A stretch of 50,078 nucleotides of DNA, taken from positions 1-50,078 of the forward strand of contig CAZTYW010000007.1 of assembly GCA_964617695.1 (NCBI GenBank), given 5' to 3'. The stretch comes from an uncultured Dehalococcoidia bacterium (lineage in GTDB: Bacteria > Chloroflexota > Dehalococcoidia > UBA2247 > RBG-13-53-26). Below, in pieces: positions 16,889 to 25,313 of this stretch (positions are counted from its first letter, which is position 1; the number at the start of each line of letters is the position of its first letter). The notes beneath the pieces are model-generated. The model was not told the origin of the DNA, did no database searches, and saw only the letters and a program-made list of their open reading frames with translations. The translations under genes were made by a program, and so were the position numbers.

Positions 16889-19201
16889 TTAACGTATGAC
16901 CGCCTCCAGACGGACCTTGCTGGGATAGGTACCAATCAGCGTAGGTAGAGTCAGGGCCGGCTTCGGTTTCCAACCGATTTCCTTCAAGTAGGTCATGGCC
17001 TCCCTCTTGTAAACGATCGGCAAGTCCTTGTCGGTCCTCACAAAGTGTTGAACGTCGTCAGGGAGTCCAGGGCCTATGTACTTCCTGTAGATGGAGATGT
17101 AGTGGTTCAGTTTCAGGGCCCGTCCCGCTGCAGTATCATTCCTTCTCATGCACAGCCTGGCTATTGTCACCATTGCTTTCTCTTTCGTTTCGGCAACATA
17201 TGCCAGGTGCTCCGGGGATGGCTCGCCAGTGTCCACGAGTTCACCTTTCCTCCCATCCCTCACCGTCCAGTCATCCTCCACCTTCTTGGAGAGGTATAGC
17301 CTCCTGTACTTGGAGGAATGCGGGCCCAGTAGCACCGGGACTCCCAGCCTGTTACAGCCGGTGCCGATGCTGGCCGCCTTCTGCGAGTAGGCACCCCACG
17401 CTACGCCAACCGCGGCAACGCGGTTGAGGGCATAGTCGGCGATAACCTCGTAGTTCGCCCTCAACGGAAGGCCGGCGAAGATATTGGCTATCTTGATCAC
17501 CGCGCCGGCAATGTGGGCGTTGGCTACGCAGGAGCCAACGTTAAGTACGCCTCCCGCATCGAAATCGGGTGGGTACTTCTCGTATAATGTCTGCCCGTTC
17601 TCATCCCTCCTCATGCCCGCTACCATGGCCGAACAGCCGCTGAGTACTACGATGTACTTTCTCTTGGCGAACTCGTCAACCATGTCGTAGATATCATCTA
17701 TGTCAGGGAAATTGGAGCATCCTACAAAAGCGATTACGCCCGGTATCGTACCCATCACAATTGGCGCGCCGACATTCCTTATCTCTTTGTCCATGATCGG
17801 GCCACGCCCCTGCCTGATGTTGTAGCTTTCCCTGCTGGCCACCAACTGCATCAGCCGGAAAACGGGTACGTCGTGGGGACATTCTTCCTCACACTTGCCA
17901 CAGCCGAGGCACTTGGCGAAGATCTCCGTGAGCCTGTCCAGACTCCCTTTGGCAACCTCTGCTATTCCCTCGCCAATCAGCAGGAAGTTGGGGCACACCC
18001 TCTCACACATACCGCACTGGACGCACCTTTTCGCCAGTTCCTGACCCTCCTCCAGAGACAGCAAGTCCTTCTTCCTCCTGGGGGCCAGCTCCAGTGCCAC
18101 TTTCACTGCCACCTCTCCAGCCTTCTCATGATCCAGAATAAGGACCTGCTTGCCCTCGTCAACGATAGCCCTCACTATCGCGTCGGCATCCCGATCCGAC
18201 GCATCCTCCAGGCCGTAGCAAGCCTTGTCGGAAGAGGCTATCAACGCGGAACCCGCCTTCTTTGCTTCCGCAGGCATGTCGCTCCTGATGCACTGCTCGT
18301 CCGTCAGTATCACGTCGGCTATGCCACTGCGCACAAAGTAGAGTTGCCTGGAAAGAGGACCTATAACCTTGGCCCGGTCTGAATACCTGGTCGTCTCCAG
18401 TGCGGTGCAGCATATGCCGCCAACCTCAACCTTGTCATTCAGGTCGTTCTCTCGAAGATAGTCGATAACGTTGGTCGAAGATGCCGGGTTGTGGCCCACT
18501 ACGGCAATCGTGGGCTTACTCGTGTCTATCGCCCCCCAGCCCGTCTCCACCAGGGGGACGTCGGCCACAGATGTCGGGTAATTGAACCCGGTGATCTGCG
18601 CCAGATCAGCCACCTCCATACCCACGTGATCCAGCATGCCGATATGAAGGGCCTTCGATTCGTAGTCCAGGTAGCTGCCCTCCTGCCCCGTGTGGCAGGC
18701 GTCGAGCATATGGACAACCTGCTCGCTTATGTACTCGGTCACCTTCAGCAGGTCGCCGAGGGTCTCCGGCTTCATGCCCAGGACAGTCCGGATGTTGGGT
18801 GCCTCGATGGCGACGTTGTCCCCGAGGTCTATCTTCTTGTCCGGGCCGTACTTGTCTATCAGGTAGTGAAGGATGTGAAAACCGTGCGCCGCATGCGCCG
18901 AACACCCTATCAGACAGGCGAGCAAGATCATCCTGGCCTGCTGTGTGGCCGTGTCTATGCCACAGGCACCTCTCTTGCCCTCTGTCAGGTCGCACTTGCC
19001 ATAGGTACAGAGGCAGCAGAGGTCGCAAATGGGAGCATACCAGGGCTTATAGGTCTTCAGAAGCCTCATGTCCCAATTGCGCAAATCGGTCGGCCCAGGC
19101 ATGGGCGTGGGCCCAACCGGCTCCCACTCATCTTCGGGCTTTATTACCTGCTCAACTTGAGCTTCATGAAAAGACTTCCTCTTCTGATTCACTTCTGCCA
19201 T
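16889..19201 (-). CDS. cdhA: Ni-CO dehydrogenase alpha subunit, archaeal type
   Basis: GPTPMP, CDLCCLCTYGKCDL...ACG, HAAH, GHN, GGICCT, DEQC, extra ferredoxin clusters CVQCGMCERVCP and CLGCGKCEEECP, VGC, SGC, GSCVAN, WGAYSQKA. Confidence 0.96.
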   Translation of the reverse strand: MAEVNQKRKSFHEAQVEQVIKPEDEWEPVGPTPMPGPTDLRNWDMRLLKTYKPWYAPICDLCCLCTYGKCDLTEGKRGACGIDTATQQARMILLACLIGCSAHAAHGFHILHYLIDKYGPDKKIDLGDNVAIEAPNIRTVLGMKPETLGDLLKVTEYISEQVVHMLDACHTGQEGSYLDYESKALHIGMLDHVGMEVADLAQITGFNYPTSVADVPLVETGWGAIDTSKPTIAVVGHNPASSTNVIDYLRENDLNDKVEVGGICCTALETTRYSDRAKVIGPLSRQLYFVRSGIADVILTDEQCIRSDMPAEAKKAGSALIASSDKACYGLEDASDRDADAIVRAIVDEGKQVLILDHEKAGEVAVKVALELAPRRKKDLLSLEEGQELAKRCVQCGMCERVCPNFLLIGEGIAEVAKGSLDRLTEIFAKCLGCGKCEEECPHDVPVFRLMQLVASRESYNIRQGRGPIMDKEIRNVGAPIVMGTIPGVIAFVGCSNFPDIDDIYDMVDEFAKRKYIVVLSGCSAMVAGMRRDENGQTLYEKYPPDFDAGGVLNVGSCVANAHIAGAVIKIANIFAGLPLRANYEVIADYALNRVAAVGVAWGAYSQKAASIGTGCNRLGVPVLLGPHSSKYRRLYLSKKVEDDWTVRDGRKGELVDTGEPSPEHLAYVAETKEKAMVTIARLCMRRNDTAAGRALKLNHYISIYRKYIGPGLPDDVQHFVRTDKDLPIVYKREAMTYLKEIGWKPKPALTLPTLIGTYPSKVRLEAVIR

Positions 19202-19211
19202 TTCTCCACCT

Positions 19212-20117
19212 CTATCCGAGAATTTGCCTTACCAGCTTGAGCGTTTCCGGATGCCTCAAGACAGCTATGTTTGCACCGGCCAGAAGAAGCGATACCGCGG
19301 TTATCCCTTCCCACAGTATCCCCTGCTCCTTGTTCTCCTTGGCCTCTCTGGTCTTCCAGCACTCTCCTGCCAGGTCTGCAATGAGAGGCATCTGGGTCAT
19401 CGCATCCTTGAAAACCACTCCAGTCTGCTTCGTTCTCTCCATTATCGTAAAGCTGTACTCCATGCCATACCCCAGTGCGGAAGTCAGTGGGTCAATCACG
19501 ATCCTTTCCGCGGGGAACGACTTGGCCAGCTTTATGTTCAATTCCTTCATGAGGTTTATGTCCAAAGGCGACTGCGCGATTACGGCGTGCCCATGCTCCT
19601 GGGCCGCTTTGGCTATCTCTCCGAAATTCTCCTTGAGTGCAGGACCCAGAAGGAGACTCTCACCCTTGCAGGCGGCCGCCACCTTCGCCAGTACCTCGGC
19701 ATCCTTCTTGTCATCCCCCGACCCATAGACAATGAGGGGAACGCTTATTGCCGCAGCCACCTTCTTGGCCACTTCGGCTGCCCCATCAGCCGGCGCATTC
19801 TTGCCCGTCGGATCCGTGCTGATGAGCTTCAGACATACCAGGTCCGCCCCGTACTCCACGCATTTATGCGCCCACTTCACGGGATCGGAGACAACGTCCT
19901 TGTATGGCTCGAGCACCCACTCGGCCCACCCTTCAGGCTCCATGTCCAGGACCTCCAGTGCAAACCTGGGAGGATTGGGGATTGAACCGTCATCAAAGAA
20001 GTTGAATGCAAGCTTGTTCTCACCGCCGATCTTCACAGCCTTCGCCCCGGTGCCCAGGGTCACCTCTCGTACACTGCCGCCATACGACTCAACCGGTGCC
20101 TGATAGTCCATAGTCAC
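19212..20117 (-). CDS. acsD: Corrinoid iron-sulfur protein small (delta) subunit
   Basis: IGGE...F..G..PN.P, STDP, SPLDINLMKELN, IDPLTSALGYGMEYS..IMER, WE..TA..LLLAGA..VLRHP. Confidence 0.93.
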   Translation of the reverse strand: MTMDYQAPVESYGGSVREVTLGTGAKAVKIGGENKLAFNFFDDGSIPNPPRFALEVLDMEPEGWAEWVLEPYKDVVSDPVKWAHKCVEYGADLVCLKLISTDPTGKNAPADGAAEVAKKVAAAISVPLIVYGSGDDKKDAEVLAKVAAACKGESLLLGPALKENFGEIAKAAQEHGHAVIAQSPLDINLMKELNIKLAKSFPAERIVIDPLTSALGYGMEYSFTIMERTKQTGVVFKDAMTQMPLIADLAGECWKTREAKENKEQGILWEGITAVSLLLAGANIAVLRHPETLKLVRQILG

Positions 20118-20135
20118 TGTCTCCTTTCCCGATTT

Positions 20136-21017
20136 CTAGTCTTCCAGCCAGCCGTGGGAGTAGAGCGTCTCAGCCATCAACACCTTGACCGTCTTAACGT
20201 AGTCGCGCTCCTTCGGCGAGATAGATGACATGCCGACCTCTTCCCCATCCATGACTCTGTAGATGAGATCGACCATCTCCGGCATCTCACCGTTGTTCAG
20301 GCTTATCAGCTCTTTGTCAAGAGCATCGGCAATCACCGAGTATTGACCGTACCTGCCCAGCATCACCATCATGGTGCGGTTCAGGATGCCCCTCAGCTCT
20401 TCAGGCGTGCCATTCGAGACATTCGAAAGACCTATTGTCGACTTCACACCGGGGAGGATATCGCCGATTATCTTCATGAATTCCAGCGCCTGCACGATCT
20501 GCCCCTGGTCGGCACTGACCGGAAGCAAGACAGGATCGATCCACAAGTCCTCATTGGGAATGCCGAGTTCGTTGGCATACGCTGCGGTCTCCATTATGCT
20601 CTCGACTCTCCCCTCAGCGTCGGGAGGGCAACCCTTGTCCGAAAACACAGAGAGCACAAGATCGGTATTGTATTTCTTGGCCAGCGGCAGCATCTGCTCT
20701 TTGCTATCGGTGCGACCGGAAGCTGAGTTCAGCAGCGGCCTTGCCTTGGTACAAGCCCTCAGTCCTGCCTCCATAGCCACGGGATTCAGGGTGTCTATCG
20801 ACAGAGGCAAATCCGCAACCTCCTGCACCGTCTTCACCAGCCATTCCGCAGTCTCCTCAGGGTTCTTCCTTGAAGGGCCGAGATTGATGTCTATGTAGTG
20901 GACCCCTGCCTCGGTCTGCGCTATCGCCAGTTCCTGGATTACCCTGGCATTGCGTTCCTTCACTGCTGTTGAGACATCCTTCGAAATGATGTGTATGTTC
21001 TCGCCGATGAGGATCAT
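20136..21017 (-). CDS. acsE: Methyltetrahydrofolate:corrinoid Fe-S protein methyltransferase
   Basis: MILIGENIH, IDINLG, LSIDT, LLNS, WIDP, GLSNVSNG pterin-binding barrel; first gene of the acs operon. Confidence 0.9.
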   Translation of the reverse strand: MILIGENIHIISKDVSTAVKERNARVIQELAIAQTEAGVHYIDINLGPSRKNPEETAEWLVKTVQEVADLPLSIDTLNPVAMEAGLRACTKARPLLNSASGRTDSKEQMLPLAKKYNTDLVLSVFSDKGCPPDAEGRVESIMETAAYANELGIPNEDLWIDPVLLPVSADQGQIVQALEFMKIIGDILPGVKSTIGLSNVSNGTPEELRGILNRTMMVMLGRYGQYSVIADALDKELISLNNGEMPEMVDLIYRVMDGEEVGMSSISPKERDYVKTVKVLMAETLYSHGWLED

Positions 21018-21243
21018 TGATTGCCTCCTTCCGCCTTCCAGAAAATAAAAACACCCCCGCTGCCAGCTAGGGCTCAGGGGCTAGAAACTGTGTCACCGTG
21101 GCTGTAACCCGCCCTGGTGACTTCAAATGCCGTATCGAAGCGCAACCCTGCAGGACAAAGGGCTACTACTGAAATTCCTTCGGCCTTTCCTGCTGCGTGA
21201 TAAACGCAATAGCAGAAATCCCTCGACCGCTCCATTCGAACTG

Positions 21244-21272
21244 ATTATACCAAGGCTGAGAATTCATGGCAA
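21244..21272 (-). promoter_or_regulatory. Sigma70-type promoter of the acs/cdh operon
   Basis: TTGCCA-N17-TATAAT with a TG extended -10 on the minus strand. Confidence 0.75.
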
Positions 21273-21342
21273 CAAAAGCATCAGCAGGACCCTTCTTGTC
21301 TCCTGTCACACACCTCATTTGGTTCTTCTTCGCACTAGTCTC

Positions 21343-21371
21343 TTGCATGGTCGTCAGCGAGAAGGCATAAT
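21343..21371 (+). promoter_or_regulatory. Divergent sigma70-type promoter
   Basis: TTGCAT-N17-CATAAT. Confidence 0.55.
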
Positions 21372-21372
21372 A

Positions 21373-21511
21373 GGCTTGCACCTGAGACGGTGGCAAACAC
21401 CCAGAGCTCATGTGTCGCCGTAGCCCGGTATGCACTCGGGTTCCACCGGAGTGAGCTCTGGCGAAGTGCCACACATTGGATACGTGTGCCGACGATTCTC
21501 GAAGGCAAGCC
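21373..21511 (+). ncRNA. Candidate structured RNA (rod-like; 6S-like or cis-regulatory leader)
   Basis: Nested complementary blocks GGCTTGC/GCAAGCC, GAGA/TCTC, GTGGCA/TGCCAC, CCAGAGCTCA/TGAGCTCTGG, AGCCCG/CGGGTT and side hairpin CACAC/GTGTG, directly after a promoter. Confidence 0.45.
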
Positions 21512-21561
21512 GGCCACACCGGGGCCAGTCGCGGTTGAATGTGACATGAAAGAGAAGGCGT

Positions 21562-21819
21562 ATGTCTAGCAAAGAGGAACTGCAGGAGCAAGGCTGGAAT
21601 TTTGCCTCGACCAGTTCGGGTCAGCACCTCGCCAGGATGTTGGAGATGTACCAGGAACTGGGTTTCGAGACGTATGTCGAAGAGACTACTCCTGAGGAGT
21701 GCGGCGGCTGTACCGAATGCTACACTTCGAGCGGCGAGACTATATACCGCGTCTACACCAGGGCCAAGGATAGACACCATCCGGAAGAGAGAAACCCGGG
21801 GCAGCCGCGGCTCCGATGA
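21562..21819 (+). CDS. Small hypothetical protein with CxxCxxC motif
   Basis: 85 aa; GW..., EMYQELGFE, EECGGCTECY, IYRVYTR; AGAAGG RBS. Confidence 0.75.
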   Translation: MSSKEELQEQGWNFASTSSGQHLARMLEMYQELGFETYVEETTPEECGGCTECYTSSGETIYRVYTRAKDRHHPEERNPGQPRLR

Positions 21820-21876
21820 TCCTGACCCGCCTCAAGGTTATCGAGACGCAGACCCTCAAACTCGTCAAACAAGACA

Positions 21877-22326
21877 ATGCCCAGTAGAGCCGGGGCCATC
21901 GTCTGCCTTCTTCTGCTCGTCCTGGCCTTGCTGCCAGGTTGCAGCAGTAGCCCCGAGACAGCAAGGGTGACACGGGTTGTCGACGGGGACACTATTGTCA
22001 TCGAAGGGGGATATCATGTCCGCTATATCGGCATTGATACTCCCGAAAGGGAAAAGCCCTACTACCAAGAGGCAAGGCAATGCAACCAGGAACTTGTGGC
22101 TGACAGGATTGTCCGCCTGGAGGCAGATGTGACCGACAAGGACAAGTATAACAGGCTGCTGCGATACGTCTATGTGGACGGTCTCTTTGTAAACGCTGAG
22201 CTGGTTAGGCAGGGCTACGCGGAGGTCTATCCCGAGGACCTGTTCCCGGACAACAAGTATTATGGTCTGCTGAAGGAGGCCGAGGAAGAGGCAAGACAGG
22301 CAAGGAGAGGGATATGGGCCTCCTGA
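21877..22326 (+). CDS. Thermonuclease (SNase) family lipoprotein
   Basis: Lipobox LPGC; VVDGDT, VRYIGIDTPE, DKYNRLLRYV, NAELVRQGYA, RRGIW. Confidence 0.92.
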   Translation: MPSRAGAIVCLLLLVLALLPGCSSSPETARVTRVVDGDTIVIEGGYHVRYIGIDTPEREKPYYQEARQCNQELVADRIVRLEADVTDKDKYNRLLRYVYVDGLFVNAELVRQGYAEVYPEDLFPDNKYYGLLKEAEEEARQARRGIWAS

Positions 22327-22360
22327 CTCCAGTGTGGCGGAACCGTCCCGGCACTCTTCG

Positions 22361-23197
22361 TCATGGAGGCAACCCGAGCCAGTCAAACACCCCAATCATC
22401 CTGAGACCCATATAGAACATCACCACCACAAAGACAAGCCTCAGTACGTTGGCCGGGAGTCTGTGCGCCACGCGGGCGCCAACCTGCGCCATGGCCACAC
22501 TCGTGGTCGCCAGGCAAATCCACGTCGGCAAGTTGAAGTAGCCCAGGGAGTAGCCAGGCAGGCCCGGTGCTCCTATGCCGTTGACGACATACCCCAGGGC
22601 TCCCGCTGCACTGGTAAACATAATCAGGCCCGCGGATGTACCCACGGCCCGATGCATCCCGAATCCGAGCACCACCGCCATTATCGGGACCATCAGCACT
22701 CCGCCACCAATTGCGATGAGACCAGCTACCAGGCCTGCAGGAAGGCCAAAGGCAATCCAGGCGAGCGGCCTGTCCTCAGGTTCACCGTCGGCCCCCACCC
22801 GCTTCCCGACGAGCAACCACACGCCAGCAACCAGGACCACTGCTCCGAAGGCGATCTTGGCCAGGCTTCCGTCAATGAACCTTGATGTGATAGTGGACCC
22901 GACCAGCGCCCCCGCTGCACCGGCAATGCCGAGCACAATGGCGGCCCTCCACCAGACGGCGCCCCTCCGATGATGGGCCAGCGAACTGCTCATCGCAGTG
23001 GGGAGTATGACGAGCAGATTCGTGCCGAAGGCCAGCTTCACCGCCGGATCAACAGGAAGGCCCAAATCGGTGAACACCATCACTGTCACCGGGACCGTTA
23101 TGAAGCTGCCGCCAACACCCAGAAGGCCCTGCGCGAAGCCAACCGCCAGGCCGGTCACAAGCAGCACAGCAATGGATTGGGCATCCAGAAACCACAT
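22361..23197 (-). CDS. Sulfite exporter TauE/SafE family membrane protein
   Basis: GLLGVGGSFITVP and GLIAIGGGVLMVP repeats, AVGTS, multiple TM helices. Confidence 0.88.
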   Translation of the reverse strand: MWFLDAQSIAVLLVTGLAVGFAQGLLGVGGSFITVPVTVMVFTDLGLPVDPAVKLAFGTNLLVILPTAMSSSLAHHRRGAVWWRAAIVLGIAGAAGALVGSTITSRFIDGSLAKIAFGAVVLVAGVWLLVGKRVGADGEPEDRPLAWIAFGLPAGLVAGLIAIGGGVLMVPIMAVVLGFGMHRAVGTSAGLIMFTSAAGALGYVVNGIGAPGLPGYSLGYFNLPTWICLATTSVAMAQVGARVAHRLPANVLRLVFVVVMFYMGLRMIGVFDWLGLPP

Positions 23198-23268
23198 GAG
23201 ACTACAGCAAAGCGGGCGCCGGCCTGTCAACCTTAGGATCGAGGCAGACGGAGAGACGGCCTCTCTGG

Positions 23269-24210
23269 CTACTTCTTCCTGAGAAGCGCTGACTTCACTG
23301 CCTTTTCGATTCCGCTGGCAGTCAAGTCATGCTGGAGCAGCAATTCGTCCGGCTTGCCCGAGTGGGTGTAGACATCCTCGATAGCCACAAAGGCCATGGG
23401 AACGGGATGATGTTGAGCCACCACTTGAGCCACCCTGCTTCCCAGTCCGCCTTGCCGCAGGTGCTCCTCAGCGGTCACAATGGCGCCGGTCTCCTGGGCT
23501 GCCAGGACGACAGCGTCCTCATCCAGGGGCTTCAGGGTCGGCATGCTCAACACGCGGCAGTCGATCCCTTGCTTCGACAGACTCTCAGCCGCGTCGAGGG
23601 CCCTCACCACCATTACCCCGTTCGCCACGACAGTGGCATCCAAACCCTGCCTCATCACTACCGCCTTCCCCAGGACAAACCGGTAGCCGTTGTCGTAGAG
23701 CGTAGGCACGTTGGGGCGAGTCAACCGTATGTAGAACGGCCCAGGGGTGATGGACGCCAGCCTCGTCAACTGGGCCGTCTCAATGGCGTCAGTAGGGACA
23801 ACCACAGTGAAGCCGGGAAGAGAGCAAGCAAGAGCCAGGTCCTCTATGGCGTGGTGGGAGAAGCCGTCCTCGCCCACAGTGATGCCACCGTGGGTGGCCA
23901 CCACTTTGACATTGAGATGTGGCTGTGCGACGCTCATTCGTAGCTGGTCAAAGCAGCGGGCGGTGGCAAAGATGGCAAAACTGCTGGCAAATACTGTCTT
24001 GCCTGCAGCAGCAAGGCCGGCCGAGATGCCTATCATGTTTTGTTCAGCAATGCCACATTCGAAGAAACGCGAGGGAAACTCTCTGGCAAAGTGGTGGGTC
24101 ATGGTAGACTGGGAAAGATCAGCGTCGAGAACTACGATATTGGGGTTCTCTTTGCCTAACTGCAATAGAGCCTTACCATAGGCTTCCCTGGTAGACGACA
24201 ACTGCCTCAC
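23269..24210 (-). CDS. Transketolase C-terminal subunit
   Basis: STREAYG, LDADLSQST, GIAEQNM, GEDGFSHHAIED, EEH...GGLGS. Confidence 0.93.
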   Translation of the reverse strand: MRQLSSTREAYGKALLQLGKENPNIVVLDADLSQSTMTHHFAREFPSRFFECGIAEQNMIGISAGLAAAGKTVFASSFAIFATARCFDQLRMSVAQPHLNVKVVATHGGITVGEDGFSHHAIEDLALACSLPGFTVVVPTDAIETAQLTRLASITPGPFYIRLTRPNVPTLYDNGYRFVLGKAVVMRQGLDATVVANGVMVVRALDAAESLSKQGIDCRVLSMPTLKPLDEDAVVLAAQETGAIVTAEEHLRQGGLGSRVAQVVAQHHPVPMAFVAIEDVYTHSGKPDELLLQHDLTASGIEKAVKSALLRKK

Positions 24211-24218
24211 TGCACCCC

Positions 24219-25040
24219 TTACGCCAGTTCTTCCAGCGCCTTCTGCGCTTGCTCAGGGGTGGGAGCTTTGCCGTGGAACGCAAGGTTGTTCTCCATGAAG
24301 CTCACCCCTTTGCCTTTGACAGTATGGGCTACGATAGCAGTGGGACGGCCTTTGACGTTTTGCGCCGTTCCCAAGGCAGCCAGAATCTGCCCGAAATCGT
24401 GACCGTCTATCTCGATGGCTTCCCAGCCGAACGAGCGCCACTTCTCAGCCAGAGGCTCGATGTTCATCACCTCCCGGTTCCAGCCGTCGATCTGCTGCCC
24501 ATTGTGGTCAACGATAGCCACCAAGTTATCCAGCTTGAAGTGGGCTGCCGCCATGGCCGCCTCCCACACCTGCCCCTCGTCACACTCCCCGTCCCCCAGG
24601 AGGACATACACACGATAGCTCTTCGAGTCCAGCCGAGCCGCCAGAGCAGTCCCAACGCCAAAGGACAGCCCCTGCCCCAGTGAGCCAGAGGACATCTCAA
24701 CACCGGGGGTGCGGGTACAATCCGTGTGACCCTGAAGCCGACTGCCTCGCCTTCTCAGGGTCATGAGTTCCTCCACCGGGAAGTACCCGCTCTCAGCCAG
24801 CGCAGCATACAGAAGAGGCGCCGCATGTCCCTTGCTGAGAATGAACCGGTCCCGCTCGGCCCATCCTGGATCTGAAGGATTGTGACGCAGGACGCCAAAA
24901 TAGAGAGCTGTGACAATCTCGACCGCCGAAAGAGAGCCCCCCGGATGACCGCTCCTAGCCTTGGCGATCATCTTTATGATGTGACGCCGCAGAGTCCTGG
25001 CTCTTTTCGCCAACTCCCGTACCGTTGCCTCATCCGCCAT
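24219..25040 (-). CDS. Transketolase N-terminal subunit
   Basis: SGHPGGSLS, RDRFILSKGH, LQGH, GSLGQG, GDGECDEGQVWE, KGKGVSFME; start could extend to GTG 25118. Confidence 0.93.
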   Translation of the reverse strand: MADEATVRELAKRARTLRRHIIKMIAKARSGHPGGSLSAVEIVTALYFGVLRHNPSDPGWAERDRFILSKGHAAPLLYAALAESGYFPVEELMTLRRRGSRLQGHTDCTRTPGVEMSSGSLGQGLSFGVGTALAARLDSKSYRVYVLLGDGECDEGQVWEAAMAAAHFKLDNLVAIVDHNGQQIDGWNREVMNIEPLAEKWRSFGWEAIEIDGHDFGQILAALGTAQNVKGRPTAIVAHTVKGKGVSFMENNLAFHGKAPTPEQAQKALEELA

Positions 25041-25140
25041 CACAAAAGTGAAAGCCTCGGCCGAGCTAGCGACTGCCGAGGCGGATGGGTTGCCCGTGGT
25101 CTTTCTGTGTTTTGACACCTTGGAACCGGCCTGCGGCTAG

Positions 25141-25170
25141 ATTATACCTTAATCGTGGGACGACTGACAA
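25141..25170 (-). promoter_or_regulatory. Sigma70-type promoter for transketolase genes
   Basis: TTGTCA-N18-TATAAT. Confidence 0.6.
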
Positions 25171-25313
25171 TCGTTCGGATTGAGGTGACAAACAGGACTA
25201 CTCGACCCAATCAACCACCCCGTAGAGAGGCCTATCGCAGTCTACGCGTGCGACGCATCAGCCCAGAGGACTCACGCGCCATAACAGCGAAGGGGTGACC
25301 TGCCTCACCCGGT

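Noticed and set aside
3398-21017. Selenocysteine read-through or programmed frameshifts in the redox cluster
   Set aside because: All recognised subunits are full-length with Cys at the expected positions; no split ORFs seen
21018-21240. Cobalamin or THF riboswitch upstream of acsE
   Set aside because: Expected from context, but no GGGAA...GCCCCCGCAACTGT B12 core or THF consensus is visible; kept only as an unknown leader
21381-21402. TPP riboswitch (CTGAGA...ACCC)
   Set aside because: The downstream ACCTGATC.GG.TAAT.CC.GCG.AGG half is absent
21877-22326. Nuclease as part of a defence or toxin system
   Set aside because: An ordinary lipoprotein SNase with no adjacent defence or immunity genes
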